The notes below the pieces were generated by a model. That model ran no database searches and was not told where the DNA came from. It saw only the letters and a program-made list of their open reading frames with translations. A program made the translations under genes and the position numbers. Below are positions 1-13,853 of a stretch of 64,000 nucleotides of DNA, in pieces; position 1 is the first letter of the stretch; each line of letters opens with the position of its first letter. This DNA is from Eledone cirrhosa. Its lineage: Eukaryota. Where the stretch lies: positions 72,416,001 to 72,480,000 of the forward strand of contig OZ024743.1 in assembly GCA_964016885.1 (NCBI GenBank), read 5' to 3'.

Positions 1-64
1 TTCATGTATTAAAGTGCTTATATATATATATATATGTATATGTGTGTATATGTATGTATGTGTA

Positions 65-161
<97 letters not shown>

Positions 162-868
162 GTGTATATGGATGTGTATGTATGTGTATGTGTGTACACA
201 TGGACTAGAGTATGTATGTATATATGTGTGTGTCTATACGTGTGTATATAAAGATAAGTTGAGTATGAAAATGTATACACATGAGCACGTATGTATGTAC
301 ATAAATACATGTGTGTATATATGTGTATGCATGTGTATATATATGTAAGTATGAATATGTGAATTGTGTGTATATGTATTTTGTAGAGGTGTGCAAATAT
401 ATTTGTGTGTGAATGCGTGGGTGAAAGGATACGTACACTTGAAAGAAAAATTTAAGTCTGAATGTTAATTAAGTGCAAACACAAAACCAACCACGCATAT
501 CTTCACTATCTCTAATCCTTCTATAGATTTAGAAAAATAACCAATAATATATTCTATAAAAAATGTCAAAACAACAGATGGGAATCTAATTACTCACTGC
601 CACCAAGAATTCTAACTGCTATCGAAAAACCACTCCTTCAACTATTCTTCTAATAACTTCACCCCTCCCTCCTAATATTCTCTATAAAAACTAAATAGGT
701 CCTCAGTAATATTATTCTGATGAAATGACAGTAAATAATAACATTGAAATATTGAATGTCTGCATAACTAAAAGTTTGTAGATAGCTGTTTTAGGTTATG
801 TAACTGTTATAGAAACACGTGTCAATAAATTCCTTTCAACTAAACTGTATCCATTCAAATCTTTCTAT
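1..868 (+). repeat. 5' pseudo-LTR (direct repeat of 3604-4519)
   Basis: Identical apart from ~3 substitutions, (TA)n length and a short duplication; both copies end at TCTTTCTAT. Confidence 0.95.
712..828 (+). ncRNA. Type I hammerhead ribozyme with 88-nt branched stem II
   Basis: Stem I TTATT/AATAA; CTGATGA 717-723; stem II base ATGACAGT/ACTGTTAT; GAAAC 812-816; palindromic CACGTG; GTC 821-823. Confidence 0.8.
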
Positions 869-1032
869 TTTTCTCCGGATTACTTTTGGAACTACAACTG
901 GAACCGTCGAGCAAACTCTACGTGAGCTGATAATCTACTGTGTGTAATATTTATATTACAACACAACGGAAAATACTGTATATTTACCTCCTGTAAAGTC
1001 GAGCAACCCACACAGCAAACGCAACCACAACA

Positions 1033-3352
1033 ATGGAAAAACACTACCTGGATATGTCACTCAAAAACATACCAACCCAGGGTAGAAAGGAATATTTATT
1101 GAGCATGATTCAAAAAACTAATGAATTCATTCGACGTGTCAGGTGGAAAACGCTCCACTATGATAGAAGCCGTATGAACTCAACATTAGAAAGTGGTGTA
1201 AACAACAAATTCGGTTTTAGGACTTGTAAAAACCCACCCACCAACCCACTATTAGATGCATTTGAGCAGGACCTTATGAACTTAATCCTTAAAATTAAAT
1301 TCAAAGGACGCAACACCAACAGCAAATTACAGAAAGATATAAAAAACTACTGGACGACCTTAAAAACACCAAAGGAATTGTAGTAAAAGCGGACAAAACA
1401 TCAAACCTGTACACTATGGATTGCACTACATACAACAACTTCATTCGAAAAGAATTACATAAAAAATATAGAAAAACGAGTGAAGTAACCCTTAAGCACA
1501 TCAATGATGAGGCATGCGAAATAGTGAAAAATCTCGGAATCGAAGATAGGACAGGACCACTCTTACCGGCGGTACCCACCTTCAATCTTAAGGACCACAA
1601 GGTAAACTTTGATAATGACCCTAAAATTAGATTAATCTGCCCCTCTAAATCAGATATAGGTAAAATAAGCAAATATATCTTAAATAGAATCATCCCCCAA
1701 ATTAAGGCTAAGGTTAACATTAAACTCTGGGGGAAGACCCAGGAAGCAATAAGATGGTTTAATAGCATTAGCAATAAGAATAAATCTAAGTTTATCCAGT
1801 TTGATATCGATGAATATTACACATCGATATCACCTGAAACTTTGAATAGAGCCATTAAGTTTGCTAAGGATAACTCTGACCTTACAAACGATGAAATTAA
1901 GATTATATTAGAAGCTAGGAAAACTATAGTCAAATTTGAGAACAGTTATTGGGTACGTAAAGATAGACCCTCTAACTTTGACATAACAATGGGCTCTAAC
2001 GATTCGGCGGAAATAACTGATATTGTGGGGTTATTTATCGCCTTTAGACTCCAGGAAAAATTCAGCAATCTCCACGGCGGAATATACCGCGACGATGTTC
2101 TCCTCCTAGCTAAAAACCTTAATAACCAAAAACTAGAAAAACTACGCAAAGATATAAGAAAACTACTACTCGAAATAGGACTACTATAACATATGAATAC
2201 AACCTTAAAGTAGTTAACTTCCTGGATGTCACACTCAATTTAAACTCTGGTTTGATTAAACCGTTTCATAAATTGAATGAAAATCTCAAATACGTAAATG
2301 TTGGGTCTAACCACCCCTTCTCTATAATTAAATCTATCCCTAAAAATATTTCCCTTAGAATCTCGGGTCTATCTTCTAACATACAAGTATTTAAGGAACA
2401 CGCCGAGTACTACGATAACGCCCTTAGTAAAGCAGGCTACCTCAACAAAATAGAGTACATAGATGGGAACAATCAAAACACTCAAAATAAATCCCACATA
2501 GGTAGATATAATAACACAACACCAAACCACACTTACTACCATAGTATGCACACCAGTAAACCAACAAACAAAACTAATAGAAAGCGATGCAAAGAGTACT
2601 TATGGTATAACCCCGAACACAATAGCTCCATTAGTACAAATTTACCAGTACTCTTCTTTAAAATAATTAAAAGACATTTTCCCACATCACACAAATACCA
2701 CAAAATCCTAAACCCTACCACTATAAGACTGTCATACTCTACAGCGTTAAACCTTGAACAACACATAAAAAAGATCAATACTAGAAGGTTAAACGAAAAC
2801 ACTAAGAACTTAAGTACAAAGAACACAAAAAAAACAGTAGACAATACACTACAGAACATAAATAAACCACACCTAAGTTCGTCCGCAATACTACTCCAGA
2901 GAAAACCCAATGTACACAACTGTAACTGCACCTATCCTGACAACTGCCCCCTAGGCAATAACTGCCTGGAAAAAAATATTATTTATAAGTGTACCATTAT
3001 ATCCGGAGGCAACGAGTGGTATTACGTGGGATCAACGGCAACAACGTTTAAATCTCGATTGTATAGGCATTCTTACTCAATAAAACACCAGAGCCAAAGA
3101 AATGTAACAACTCTAGCAGAAAAAGCTTGGACGCTCAGGGATAGCGATCAAAAGTTTACCCTAAAATGGGAAAAATTAGCTAAAACCCAAAGCTTTTCCA
3201 GGAGCCAAAATTTCTGCAAATTGTGTAATCTTGAGATTTATTACATAATCACACACAAGAAGAAACTGCTGAATAACAGAATTGAACGAACATTATTCTG
3301 CCGTCACAGAACTAAAACCCTTTTTTCCCACTACAAGCCGAATATTACATAA
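1033..3352 (+). pseudogene. PLE polyprotein (RT + Cys-rich linker + GIY-YIG endonuclease), split by two 1-nt deletions (~1345, ~2183)
   Basis: Motifs: SLKNIP..RRVRWK; KADKTSNLY; FDIDEYY; MGSNDSAEI; catalytic YRDD at 2085-2096; VNFLDVTLNL; SNHP; NCNCxxxxNCPLxxxC; IIY..YYVGST; CKLC..E..N..CRH. Adding one A at each break joins the three ORFs. Confidence 0.92.
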
Positions 3353-3464
3353 AAGAGGGACATCCCCCAACTATATAAACCTTAATCTAGTTAGAAAAAT
3401 ATAAAAACAATCTCTTCTCAACATATATTAATAACCTTAAATTACCATACTAATAATGAAAAGA

Positions 3465-3522
3465 TATGCTGATGAGAATAGGTACAAATATGCGATAATG
3501 AATGTGTCTAAAAACGTCCATA
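3465..3522 (+). ncRNA. Degenerate second hammerhead-like motif in the PLE 3' UTR
   Basis: Stem I TATG/CATA; CTGATGA 3469-3475; stem II TAGGTACA/TGTGTCTA; AAAACGTC instead of GAAACGTC. Confidence 0.4.
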
Positions 3523-3603
3523 AGTATGTATATATATGTGAAAATGTATATAAATAAGTAAATATATATATATGTTTGATGTGTATAGTTAGATGTAAGT
3601 GTA

Positions 3604-4581
<978 letters not shown>

Positions 4582-4607
4582 ATAAACAGAGATAGATAGA
4601 TAGAAAG

Positions 4608-4756
<149 letters not shown>

Positions 4757-4869
4757 AGAGATTGAACCTTTATCTTGACTGTTATTTTTTTCTTTATCAA
4801 TTGAAGTATAAGCTAAGTTGAACTCGTTCGGATTTGGACACATTTAACATTCTGTCAATATCTGGTCTT

Positions 4870-5300
4870 TGTCAGTAGACCTGTTTCCACTTGTCAGTAT
4901 CCTCACTCCAGCATTGCAGTCAAATTTGGTGTCACACCTGAACAGTGGCGTTTCCATCCTCCATCCAAATCTACAGTATCAGAGCCACGGAACTTTGTTG
5001 AGCAAAACACGACTATATCTAGCCGGTAGCATAAAGTCTCCTCCACGAGACCCTTTTCATTTCCTACTATGGTTATGAAGTTCCAGAATTCAATTGTCAA
5101 GGTTTGCACCCTTTCGGACCCTTTATGTGGTCTCGGAATACGGAATCTTTGTGCGTACACCCCACGCCTACCAGGAAATTTCGCAGGCCTATCGCCAATT
5201 TTGCGGCATGATATGAGTACTACGATATATCTTTTGATCAGGCCTCGATGCCGCAGACCTGAGCGCGTCACTTATTAACACGCGGGAGGACGATGCGACA
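4870..5300 (-). mobile_element. RTE-like LINE 5' fragment (APE endonuclease N-terminus)
   Basis: WNFITIVGNEKGLVEETLCYRLDIVVFCSTKFRGSDTVDLDGGWK..SGV matches the pattern of the APE endonuclease start in RTE-clade LINEs. Confidence 0.7.
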
Positions 5301-5567
5301 TGGGTCCTTTTTGTTTTTCTACCCATATTGCAGTTGTAGATTTGCGGATCTTATCTACGACATCCACCAAACTGTTACTTTGTCAAATCCACGAATAAAA
5401 TTAAAATTGCGGTTTAAATTTCTTAACCCCTTAAACATGTCTCTGTATATTTATTATCCTTGACAAACTATTACAGCTTTGGCAAACGAAAATAAATTTG
5501 TAGATGTTTTTGTTTGTTTTGATATATTTAGAAATTAAACCATGTAATGTTATATTCAAACACATCC

Positions 5568-5748
5568 GGGTCGGTAGATTGACAGTATCGGTAGAGGGTC
5601 GGACGCATAGAGTTACGGCCCTTTCCATTCAGAGTTCAAATCCCGCCGAGGTTAACTTTGCCTTTCATCCTTACGGGGTCGATAAAATAAAGTACCAGTA
5701 ATGCACTGGTATAATTGCTGGCCTTGTGCCAAAAGTAGAAACAATTAT
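5568..5748 (+). mobile_element. tRNA-derived SINE (Nin/Deu-like central domain)
   Basis: A-box-like TGACAGTATCGG, B box GTTCAAATCC, GCCTTTCATCCTTACGGGGTCGATAAAATAAAGTACCAG core; more than 12 copies in the window. Confidence 0.85.
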
Positions 5749-6580
5749 TCTCTTTAAAAATTACATATGTCGTCAAAGTAATGTTACTATATTCAAACAC
5801 ATCCGGCTGTTCCTAGTCTCTTAAAAATTACATATGCCGTAAGTGTCTTTATCTAACTTCCTAGTATTTTAATGACGGATTTGCTTTACGTTTCCATGTT
5901 GATAAATATATAATTTATATTTCATGCAATTTGAAATTGTTGCTATTAAAATACATGTACCATATTTCTGGTATCTGATTATTTCTTTAAAATTATGTGA
6001 TATTTATTTTATTGCTCCACTTGAAATAATAAAAAACCGAGAAACCAAGAAAATTATATAATGAGTAGCAATAAATATATATATTTATATATCTGGGTTG
6101 ATGTTTTACTGGATTTCATACATGTATTAAAAGGAATACCCTCACAAAAGTATGATTTAAAGTGGTTACATATATATATTAAAATGAAAAATTCACAAAA
6201 CATATCAATTAAATGTGGTTACATTTACATAAACATATGCATCTCTTACTACCTAAGTGTTTTTTTTTTCTATATCAACACATTTCAGACATATTTAAAT
6301 ATTTGGCTAGATATAAAATAATGTTCATCTGTTTACAACTAAAATTTATGTTTATTATTAAATTCATATTTTATATTGCTCTCTAATTAAAATCTTTAAG
6401 CAAACCATGCAGTAATAAAAGGAGAAGATGTATGCAAATAACCTCATCTAAGTTCTATGATATTGCTTCAAGCATGTCAGAAACCTTACATAAATATGTC
6501 ATCATTCTATGTATTTATTGTTAGATAAATTGAAAGAGAGGCAAAATCGTTTTATGCAACGGAAGAAGACCTGAAATAAT

Positions 6581-6681
6581 TGTTTCTACTTTTGGCACAA
6601 GGCCAGCAAATTACTGGTACTTTATTTTACCGACCCGGTAAGGTTGAAAGGCAAAGTTGACCTCGGCGGGATTTGAACTCA
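6581..6681 (-). mobile_element. 5'-truncated SINE with 19-bp TSD
   Basis: GAAGAAGACCTGAAATAAT at 6562-6580 and 6682-6700. Confidence 0.85.
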
Positions 6682-6944
6682 GAAGAAGACCTGAAATAAT
6701 GAGATCTGATTGTGGGACCCCTTTCTCCGTTTAAAAACCCTAGAATATTAAGGTTTCCACTCATTCAAGCGTTTCCCCTTAATATTCCGTAGATTTAAAA
6801 CCCTTCAAATAATTGAAATTATTGTGAAAACGATTAGCTGCTGTAATATTTCAAGAGGTCTAATTACACATATGTCAGTATTTTCATAGAATGATAATTA
6901 TTACAATTATATGTACACTAATGACATGTACTATACATACCTAC

Positions 6945-7455
6945 ATGATGACGATGATGGCTGCAACTAAATTTAAAGTAATACTATCGCTTGATACTTA
7001 AAAATGAGCATTATGGACGTGGTCTGCTAGGGATTTCACTATGGATAGCAATAGCATGTAGCGCAAAAAATGTCACATATCAAGTGATGCCTGTTCTTGA
7101 AGCTTTTCTAAGTGAAGAAATGCTTTACACGGAGCCAATCCAACTCTCTGAACATCGAATGTATTTGCCCAAAAAGAAGAACTGGTCTACATCATTGGAT
7201 GCAAGCAAAGTCACAGGATTTATACAAGAGTAATCTTGTCCTAGAGAGATGTCATAATGAAGACTAGGAGTGTCTCGCTCCAGAAAAAATAACGTTATTC
7301 GATGGTCGTTGACTCTCTTTAGTTCCTCCGCTGTTTGAGGGGTTTTGATTTGCATTCCGCAGGGTGTCCAAATTAATTCTCCTCAACACACGATGCCCCA
7401 CCCATGCACAGATTGTATTGAGTTACATGTATCACTAGCGCTGTAGAGGAACCTG
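6945..7455 (-). mobile_element. Non-autonomous RTE-related retroposon
   Basis: Homologous to 8975-9230, 12188-12545 and 17020-17415. Confidence 0.6.
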
Positions 7456-7698
7456 ACATAACATACATACACACACACATACATACACACACACACATAC
7501 ATACATACATACATACATACATACATACATACATTATATCATTTATTTATATTAATACACGGAACAAAAACGCTACCTAAGGATTCAAGGTCCAAATTTA
7601 TCCAGAACTCCACAATAAAAAAGGCATCAACATAGTGACCTTTCTTCTGGCGCTTCTAAGCGTTTGTAAGATATCGTAAAAATTAAAATTTTACACAT

Positions 7699-7794
<96 letters not shown>

Positions 7795-7797
7795 GCA

Positions 7798-7854
<57 letters not shown>

Positions 7855-7886
7855 ACACACACAGACACACACACGCACACATACAC

Positions 7887-7967
<81 letters not shown>

Positions 7968-8061
7968 CTGTTACTTCACTATTGTGTACATTCTTATTCC
8001 AAACAAATATTAATTTACCAGCTTAAAGTGAAATAATTCTTATCTCGTCATATATATATAA

Positions 8062-8157
<96 letters not shown>

Positions 8158-8177
8158 TTAAGTATTGTATATTTAAT

Positions 8178-8279
8178 AATTGTTTCTACTTTTGGCACAA
8201 GGCCAGTAATTACCCAGTGCATTACTGGTACTTTATTTTATCGACCCCGTAAGGATGAAAGGCAAAGTTAACCTCGGCT
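8178..8279 (-). mobile_element. SINE 3' part
   Basis: Same family as 5568-5748; flanked by a TGTATATTTAATAAT duplication. Confidence 0.8.
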
Positions 8280-8666
8280 GTATATTTAATAATGTACTGT
8301 ATTTTTATATAAACACATTTTGAAGCCCTTCAACCGTTTTATTTATAATTTGCGCCTCGCTCCGCAAATTGTAAATATAACGGCTGGGATAGACCCTTTA
8401 GGAATGTATATGTCAATTGGGCGCACAAACAGAAACACGTGTTTTCTGCCTGTAGCATACCGCAAAATTGAATTTTCATATAAGGATACCGTTCTCATTA
8501 CATCTTGGTTTGCATAAGAGATCCTTTGAAATAATCATCAGGAATATAAGATTTATATAACATCAGCATCTTTCTTGATGTTATTCTTATACTACAAACT
8601 CCGAATGTAGAGAGCGTTCTCCTGCTTGCTCCTTTTATTACCTTAGAATCTCTACTGAACGTATAC

Positions 8667-8724
<58 letters not shown>

Positions 8725-8789
8725 AAATAAAATACAGAGTTATTAACTCATATTGATACCCTGCAATTAACAAGCTCAAAGTATAGATA

Positions 8790-8942
8790 CTGAGCATTAT
8801 CGGTAGAGGGTCAGAGGCCATGCTTTCCAACATAGTTACGTCCCTTTACGGTCTGAGTCAAATTCCCGTCGAGGTTAACTTTGCCTTTCATTCTTATGGG
8901 GTCGATAAAATAAAGTACCAGAAATGCACTGGATAATTGCTG
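8790..8942 (+). mobile_element. SINE
   Basis: Same family core sequence. Confidence 0.8.
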
Positions 8943-8974
8943 TGTGTGCGTGTGTGTGTCTGTGTGTGTGATGA

Positions 8975-9230
8975 TGGTGATGGTGACTGCATCCAACTCG
9001 ATTTTGAGTAATGCTATGGCTTGTGACTAAAGCATGAGCGTAACTGACGTGGCTTTCTAATCTAGGGATCTGCATATTGCCAACAATATCATGCATCAAA
9101 AAATTGTCACATATCAAGCGATGCCTGAGCTTGAATCTTTTTGAAATGAACGCGCCAATCCTACTCTGAAAATCGAATGACCTTCTCCTAACGAAATGTC
9201 TTAAAGACTAGGTGTCTCTTGCTCCACAAA
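8975..9230 (-). mobile_element. Non-autonomous RTE-related retroposon fragment
   Basis: Homology to 6945-7455. Confidence 0.55.
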
Positions 9231-9287
9231 CGGTAATTAATATATATATACGCACGCGCGCACATACACACACACACACACACAGAC

Positions 9288-9320
<33 letters not shown>

Positions 9321-9989
9321 TTCACACACACACACTCACATCACACACATATATATATATAAGTAGCAAAGGTACAATTGGATTGTGTTCACAGGCGGTA
9401 TGCCTAGATATGCACTCGTTGCTATTGAGGAGAAGTCTATCAATAATAATAATTCGGGAACAAAATATCAGTGTTGCATCATAAACATATTTATTCACCT
9501 ATTACATATGTACCACCACCGATCAGCTCCAGGAAAGATCGTTTATGGACGCTTTTACCCAAACAACAAAAGCACCTTGATGCCACTTACACTCTCCTGC
9601 TTCAACATATTCAGAACATAAGCTGGTGACATCTGCCTTTGAGAGCGATATATGCCGGCCTCCCACGTATATCTGTCGTTGTACGTAAAAGGGGAGTAAT
9701 GTTTGCTGGCAGCTGCCATTATGCCACCTACGAGGCTGTGTTCCCATTAGTGCTTTGGAAACGACAAGCCGTCTCAAATAACAGGGGGCGCAATCTCTCC
9801 TATCTCAGAGATTCTGGTATTGAAATCCAGGAGTTGGCAACCACATGCTGTTCAATATTTGAGTCCATTTTGGCTGAGGCCGCCGGATGATAATGTTCGT
9901 TCCTGACTCTGGAATCGAAAGATCCTCAGACATTTTTTCTGATGCAACACTGATTCCTTGTTACCCAACTATTATTATAATTATTATAA

Positions 9990-10146
9990 GCCGGCCATTT
10001 CGACAGCTATTTCAGAAATAGCCGTCGAAACGGCCGGAGCTCAGCCGTCGGGGTCTTGGCTCTTTTCCTATTAACCATTCTACTACCCATAGTAAGAATA
10101 CGGTGGTGCGTTATCGTCCACATGGTTCCTTACCACACTTCCTTCG

Positions 10147-10148
<2 letters not shown>
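9990..10148 (+). mobile_element. Short PLE pLTR insertion ('GGGGTC' family, 3' half of an HHR) with fold-back
   Basis: GAAACGGC..GCCGTC-GGGGTC; related copies at 34812, 37430, 46874 and 50319; ends in (TA)n. Confidence 0.65.
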
Positions 10149-10180
<32 letters not shown>

Positions 10181-10187
10181 ATATAAA

Positions 10188-10273
<86 letters not shown>

Positions 10274-10387
10274 TATATATACATACATATATATATATAT
10301 ATATATACATGAATTTATTTTCACAACAAATTAGCAAACCGTATACGAGGAGACGTGTTACATCTAACGATATATAATGGGTGTAAT

Positions 10388-10572
10388 TAATTGTTTCTAC
10401 TTTAGGCACAAGGCCAGCAATTACCCAGTACATTACTGGTACTTTATTTTATCGACCCCGTATGGATGAAAGGCAAAGTTAACCTCGGCGCGATTTGAAC
10501 TCAGACTGTAAAGGGACGTAACTATGCTGGAAAGCATGGCGTCCAACCCTCTACCGATACTGCTGTATTGCC
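10388..10572 (-). mobile_element. SINE
   Basis: Near-full-length copy of the family. Confidence 0.85.
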
Positions 10573-10655
10573 TTTTCGTATTGCAAGTAATATTAAAACA
10601 TACGTAAGTTTCAAGTTAAAGATTTCCCGTTGATATATGGAGTTTTAAATAAAAG

Positions 10656-10723
<68 letters not shown>

Positions 10724-11017
10724 GTATATATATATATTTATATATATACACATATTAGTGAGTAAGTGCATTATTGCTCTATATGGGTTAGATCGGATGT
10801 ATACATATTTCCACAGTATTCACAGATATGGAATTCTACCTTCCCTTCAATTCCATGCATGTTTTCATTTGGGAAACTGTTGGAAGTAGATTGGGAATCC
10901 ATTATCTAAGATATAATTAAACGTAAAATTGATTAAATATAACGAAAAGAAATCATAACTGTGTCGTTGAATACATTCTCATAACCAAATTCCTGTTACA
11001 AATGTATACACACATTC

Positions 11018-11097
<80 letters not shown>

Positions 11098-11492
11098 CTG
11101 TATATTTATTGTGTGTTTGTGTAATGAATTACATTTAACTGCAAACGACATTTTGTTCATTTTTCTTTCTTTTTACGTTGACGACCTCAAGCTATTAAGG
11201 CATGCTACATTCAAAATAGGAAGCAGAAAATGGATGCCAGATTACAAATAATGTTTTATTACATGAATATCATGTAAATACTTAATGGTATTTCGCATGA
11301 AATTTTCTTACTATTTTATTTTATGTCATTAACACATATAGGCAAATCTTCAAAATTCACTCGTTCTATATCTATTAATGGATTGCATGTAATTCGTAGC
11401 TATATATTTACATAGGCACACATAAAATTATGCAAGTATTTATTTGCACAAACTTCTGAATCTCTCTCTCACTCTATCTCTCTCACTCTCGC

Positions 11493-11591
<99 letters not shown>

Positions 11592-11619
11592 CTCTCTCTC
11601 TCTCTCCTACGCTATAAAG

Positions 11620-11740
11620 GGAAAAGACCACAGAAATCGATAATCTACAAGGAATATATATAGGTTTAACCCTTGATATAGTAGGAAAAGCGTCTTAGCG
11701 TGTTGGGTGTTCGTCCTACATCAACATTCACAATGTAAAA
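11620..11740 (-). mobile_element. Degenerate pLTR of the 37920/60870 family
   Basis: Reverse complement resembles TAAGACGCTCTTCCTGCTATATCAAGCGTTAACCTA; HHR core decayed. Confidence 0.5.
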
Positions 11741-12187
11741 TAAGAAGTAATGGTTCGATAGAGACGAGTGAGAACAGGAAGGAAAGATATAAACATTATT
11801 GCAGTTAAAAATGTGTGTTCAGTCGGCCATTTTTGAAACGTCGTGAAGTAAAAATATCAACTCGTTGAAAGTGATATTTCAACATATATAATTATCATTA
11901 CGGATGTTTTCCACAGGTAGTTCGACTAAAACACTTTTGTATCGATATTGTTTTCACACACAGGCGTATCAGTTATAGACTACATCGAAAAGCTGTTGGT
12001 TTTTGAGAACGAAAAAACTGTATTTTGAATTTGTAATAAGGCTTGTCAAATCGTTATTTGAAAGAATTTCGTTAGGTTGTTTTATTTGTTATCGAATTGC
12101 TGAAAGTGACCGTAAAATTAAACACTGAGAAAAAAAAAAAACTATTCAAAGGTTTCTCATGTATGTATGTACATCAGGACACTCGTC

Positions 12188-12545
12188 AGCGCTACTGGTA
12201 ACATGTAACCCAGTACATCCCTGCGGGATTAAAATCAAAACAAATCAAATGACGGAGTTACTCAGGAGAGTCAACCGCCATCCACTAATGTTTCTCTTTC
12301 TTTTTTGAGCAGTTCGTTTTGGCTAATTGTATTTGATGTTCAGAGAGTGGAATTGGATCCGTGGAAAGCCTTGCTTCACTTAAAAAATCTTCAAGAACTG
12401 GCCTCGCTTGATATGTCACAGTTTTTGCCATGCATATTATTCTATCTATAGGCAAATCCCTTGCAGGACTAAAAAGCCATGTCCGTGTTGCTCATGATTC
12501 AATATCAAGTGAAGGCATTACTCGAAATCGAGTTGTAACCATCAT
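12188..12545 (+). mobile_element. Non-autonomous RTE-related retroposon
   Basis: Homologous to 6945-7455; retains a KSLAGLKSH zinc-finger remnant near the 3' end. Confidence 0.6.
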
Positions 12546-12611
12546 GTATATATTTATTCATCTAGCTAACCAGCAAACGATGTATTTCTACACACACACA
12601 CATATATATAT

Positions 12612-13000
12612 ATTAACAAAAGATCGGAGGCCATATTCAGTTGATTCAGGTTTATTTAAAACTCCGTTATACATATTTCATTGAGAATTATCAGTTAAAA
12701 TTTGGAAAAATCCAATAATTACCCGAAAAAGATTTTCTTTACATGATACAATTGGCCCGCCGTCGAAGAAACAACACGACGTGTTCGTCAGGCCCACTGT
12801 ATCATGAACAAAATCTTTTACTGGGAAAGTATTGGAGTTTTCCAAATTTAAAGGTTTCTTAGGAACTTTCAATGTTTATTTTAGGTTTTGCCGTCTGAAG
12901 AGTTTAGGCTGTCATAACTGACAGTCCGCAATGAAATATTTATAACGGAGTTTTAAATAACCGTCAATCAACAGGATATGACTTCTGATCTTTTATTAAT
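12612..13000 (+). mobile_element. PLE pLTR insertion with inverted 5' copy
   Basis: 12612-12683 is the inverse of 12929-13000; contains an HHR and a long hairpin. Confidence 0.7.
12891..12948 (+). ncRNA. Type I hammerhead ribozyme
   Basis: CCGT/ACGG; CTGAAGA 12895-12901; GGCTGTCA/TGACAGTC; GAAA 12933-12936; TATTTA-TA. Confidence 0.7.
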
Positions 13001-13115
13001 TAATATATAATGCTCCGGCATTTATACAGGTCGTTGAGCGCTTCGTTTTCTCTACTTCACAACCATAATATGGTCCGCACACCTCTGTTCGGTTAACACC
13101 ATGCTCTAATATATT

Positions 13116-13155
<40 letters not shown>

Positions 13156-13625
13156 TGTGTATTGATATGTTGTTTTATATTTGAACCCTAGGGACAGAAA
13201 TATATTACTGATATGCTTAAGTTGTGTGCCCTAGGAACTGATATATATTTGCTATGTTTTTGCATGTTGAAGTCATTTCGAATTTTACCATTTTCATTTG
13301 CGATTGAATCTATATAAAACATTAACTATTCTTGAATATCTCCAATTTCTCATTTGACTTTCCTCCTAAAGCTGATACGTGATACACATTAACAATAAAA
13401 CAATAAAATCAACATGAAAATTAATCACCATAATACACTTCCCTATCATCACCGAAATTATTATGATCATGATCAACATCATCATGATCACTATCAACAC
13501 TTTCAGCTCAACACTAACAACAACAACTACTAGCGAATGAAGTTTACTACAACTCAGCTTATATCTCGTCCTGGATAATATGATTCACGTTAAACTTTCA
13601 TAAGAAAACTTCAAAAACAAAATCA

Positions 13626-13853
13626 CGACATACTTCACGTGTTCTATGTCTAACCCAGACTGGCCTGTGACATATTTCACGTGTCATATGACTATCCCAG
13701 ACTGGCCTTTGACATACTTCACGTGTTATATGTCTATACCAGACTGGCCTGTGACATACTTCACGTCTATCCCAGACTGGCCTGTGACATACTTCAAGTC
13801 TATCCCAGACTGGCCTATGACATACTTCACATATATCCCAGACTGGCCTGTGA
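13626..13853. repeat. Minisatellite with ~33-43 bp units containing TATCCCAGACTGGCCTGTGACATACTTCAC
   Basis: Six visible copies of CAGACTGGCCT. Confidence 0.9.

Noticed and set aside
2-438. YI/HT/CV/RE-rich ORFs here and throughout the window
   Set aside because: Translations of (TA)n, (CA)n and (GA)n microsatellites.
2252-3352. Selenoprotein/SECIS as reported for some Naiads
   Set aside because: No in-frame TGA at Cys positions; the ATGA..TGAA near 720-748 is too short for a SECIS helix.
9380-9900. GC-richer segment, possible CRE-like remnant
   Set aside because: Only a faint GNTAS similarity; not enough for a call.
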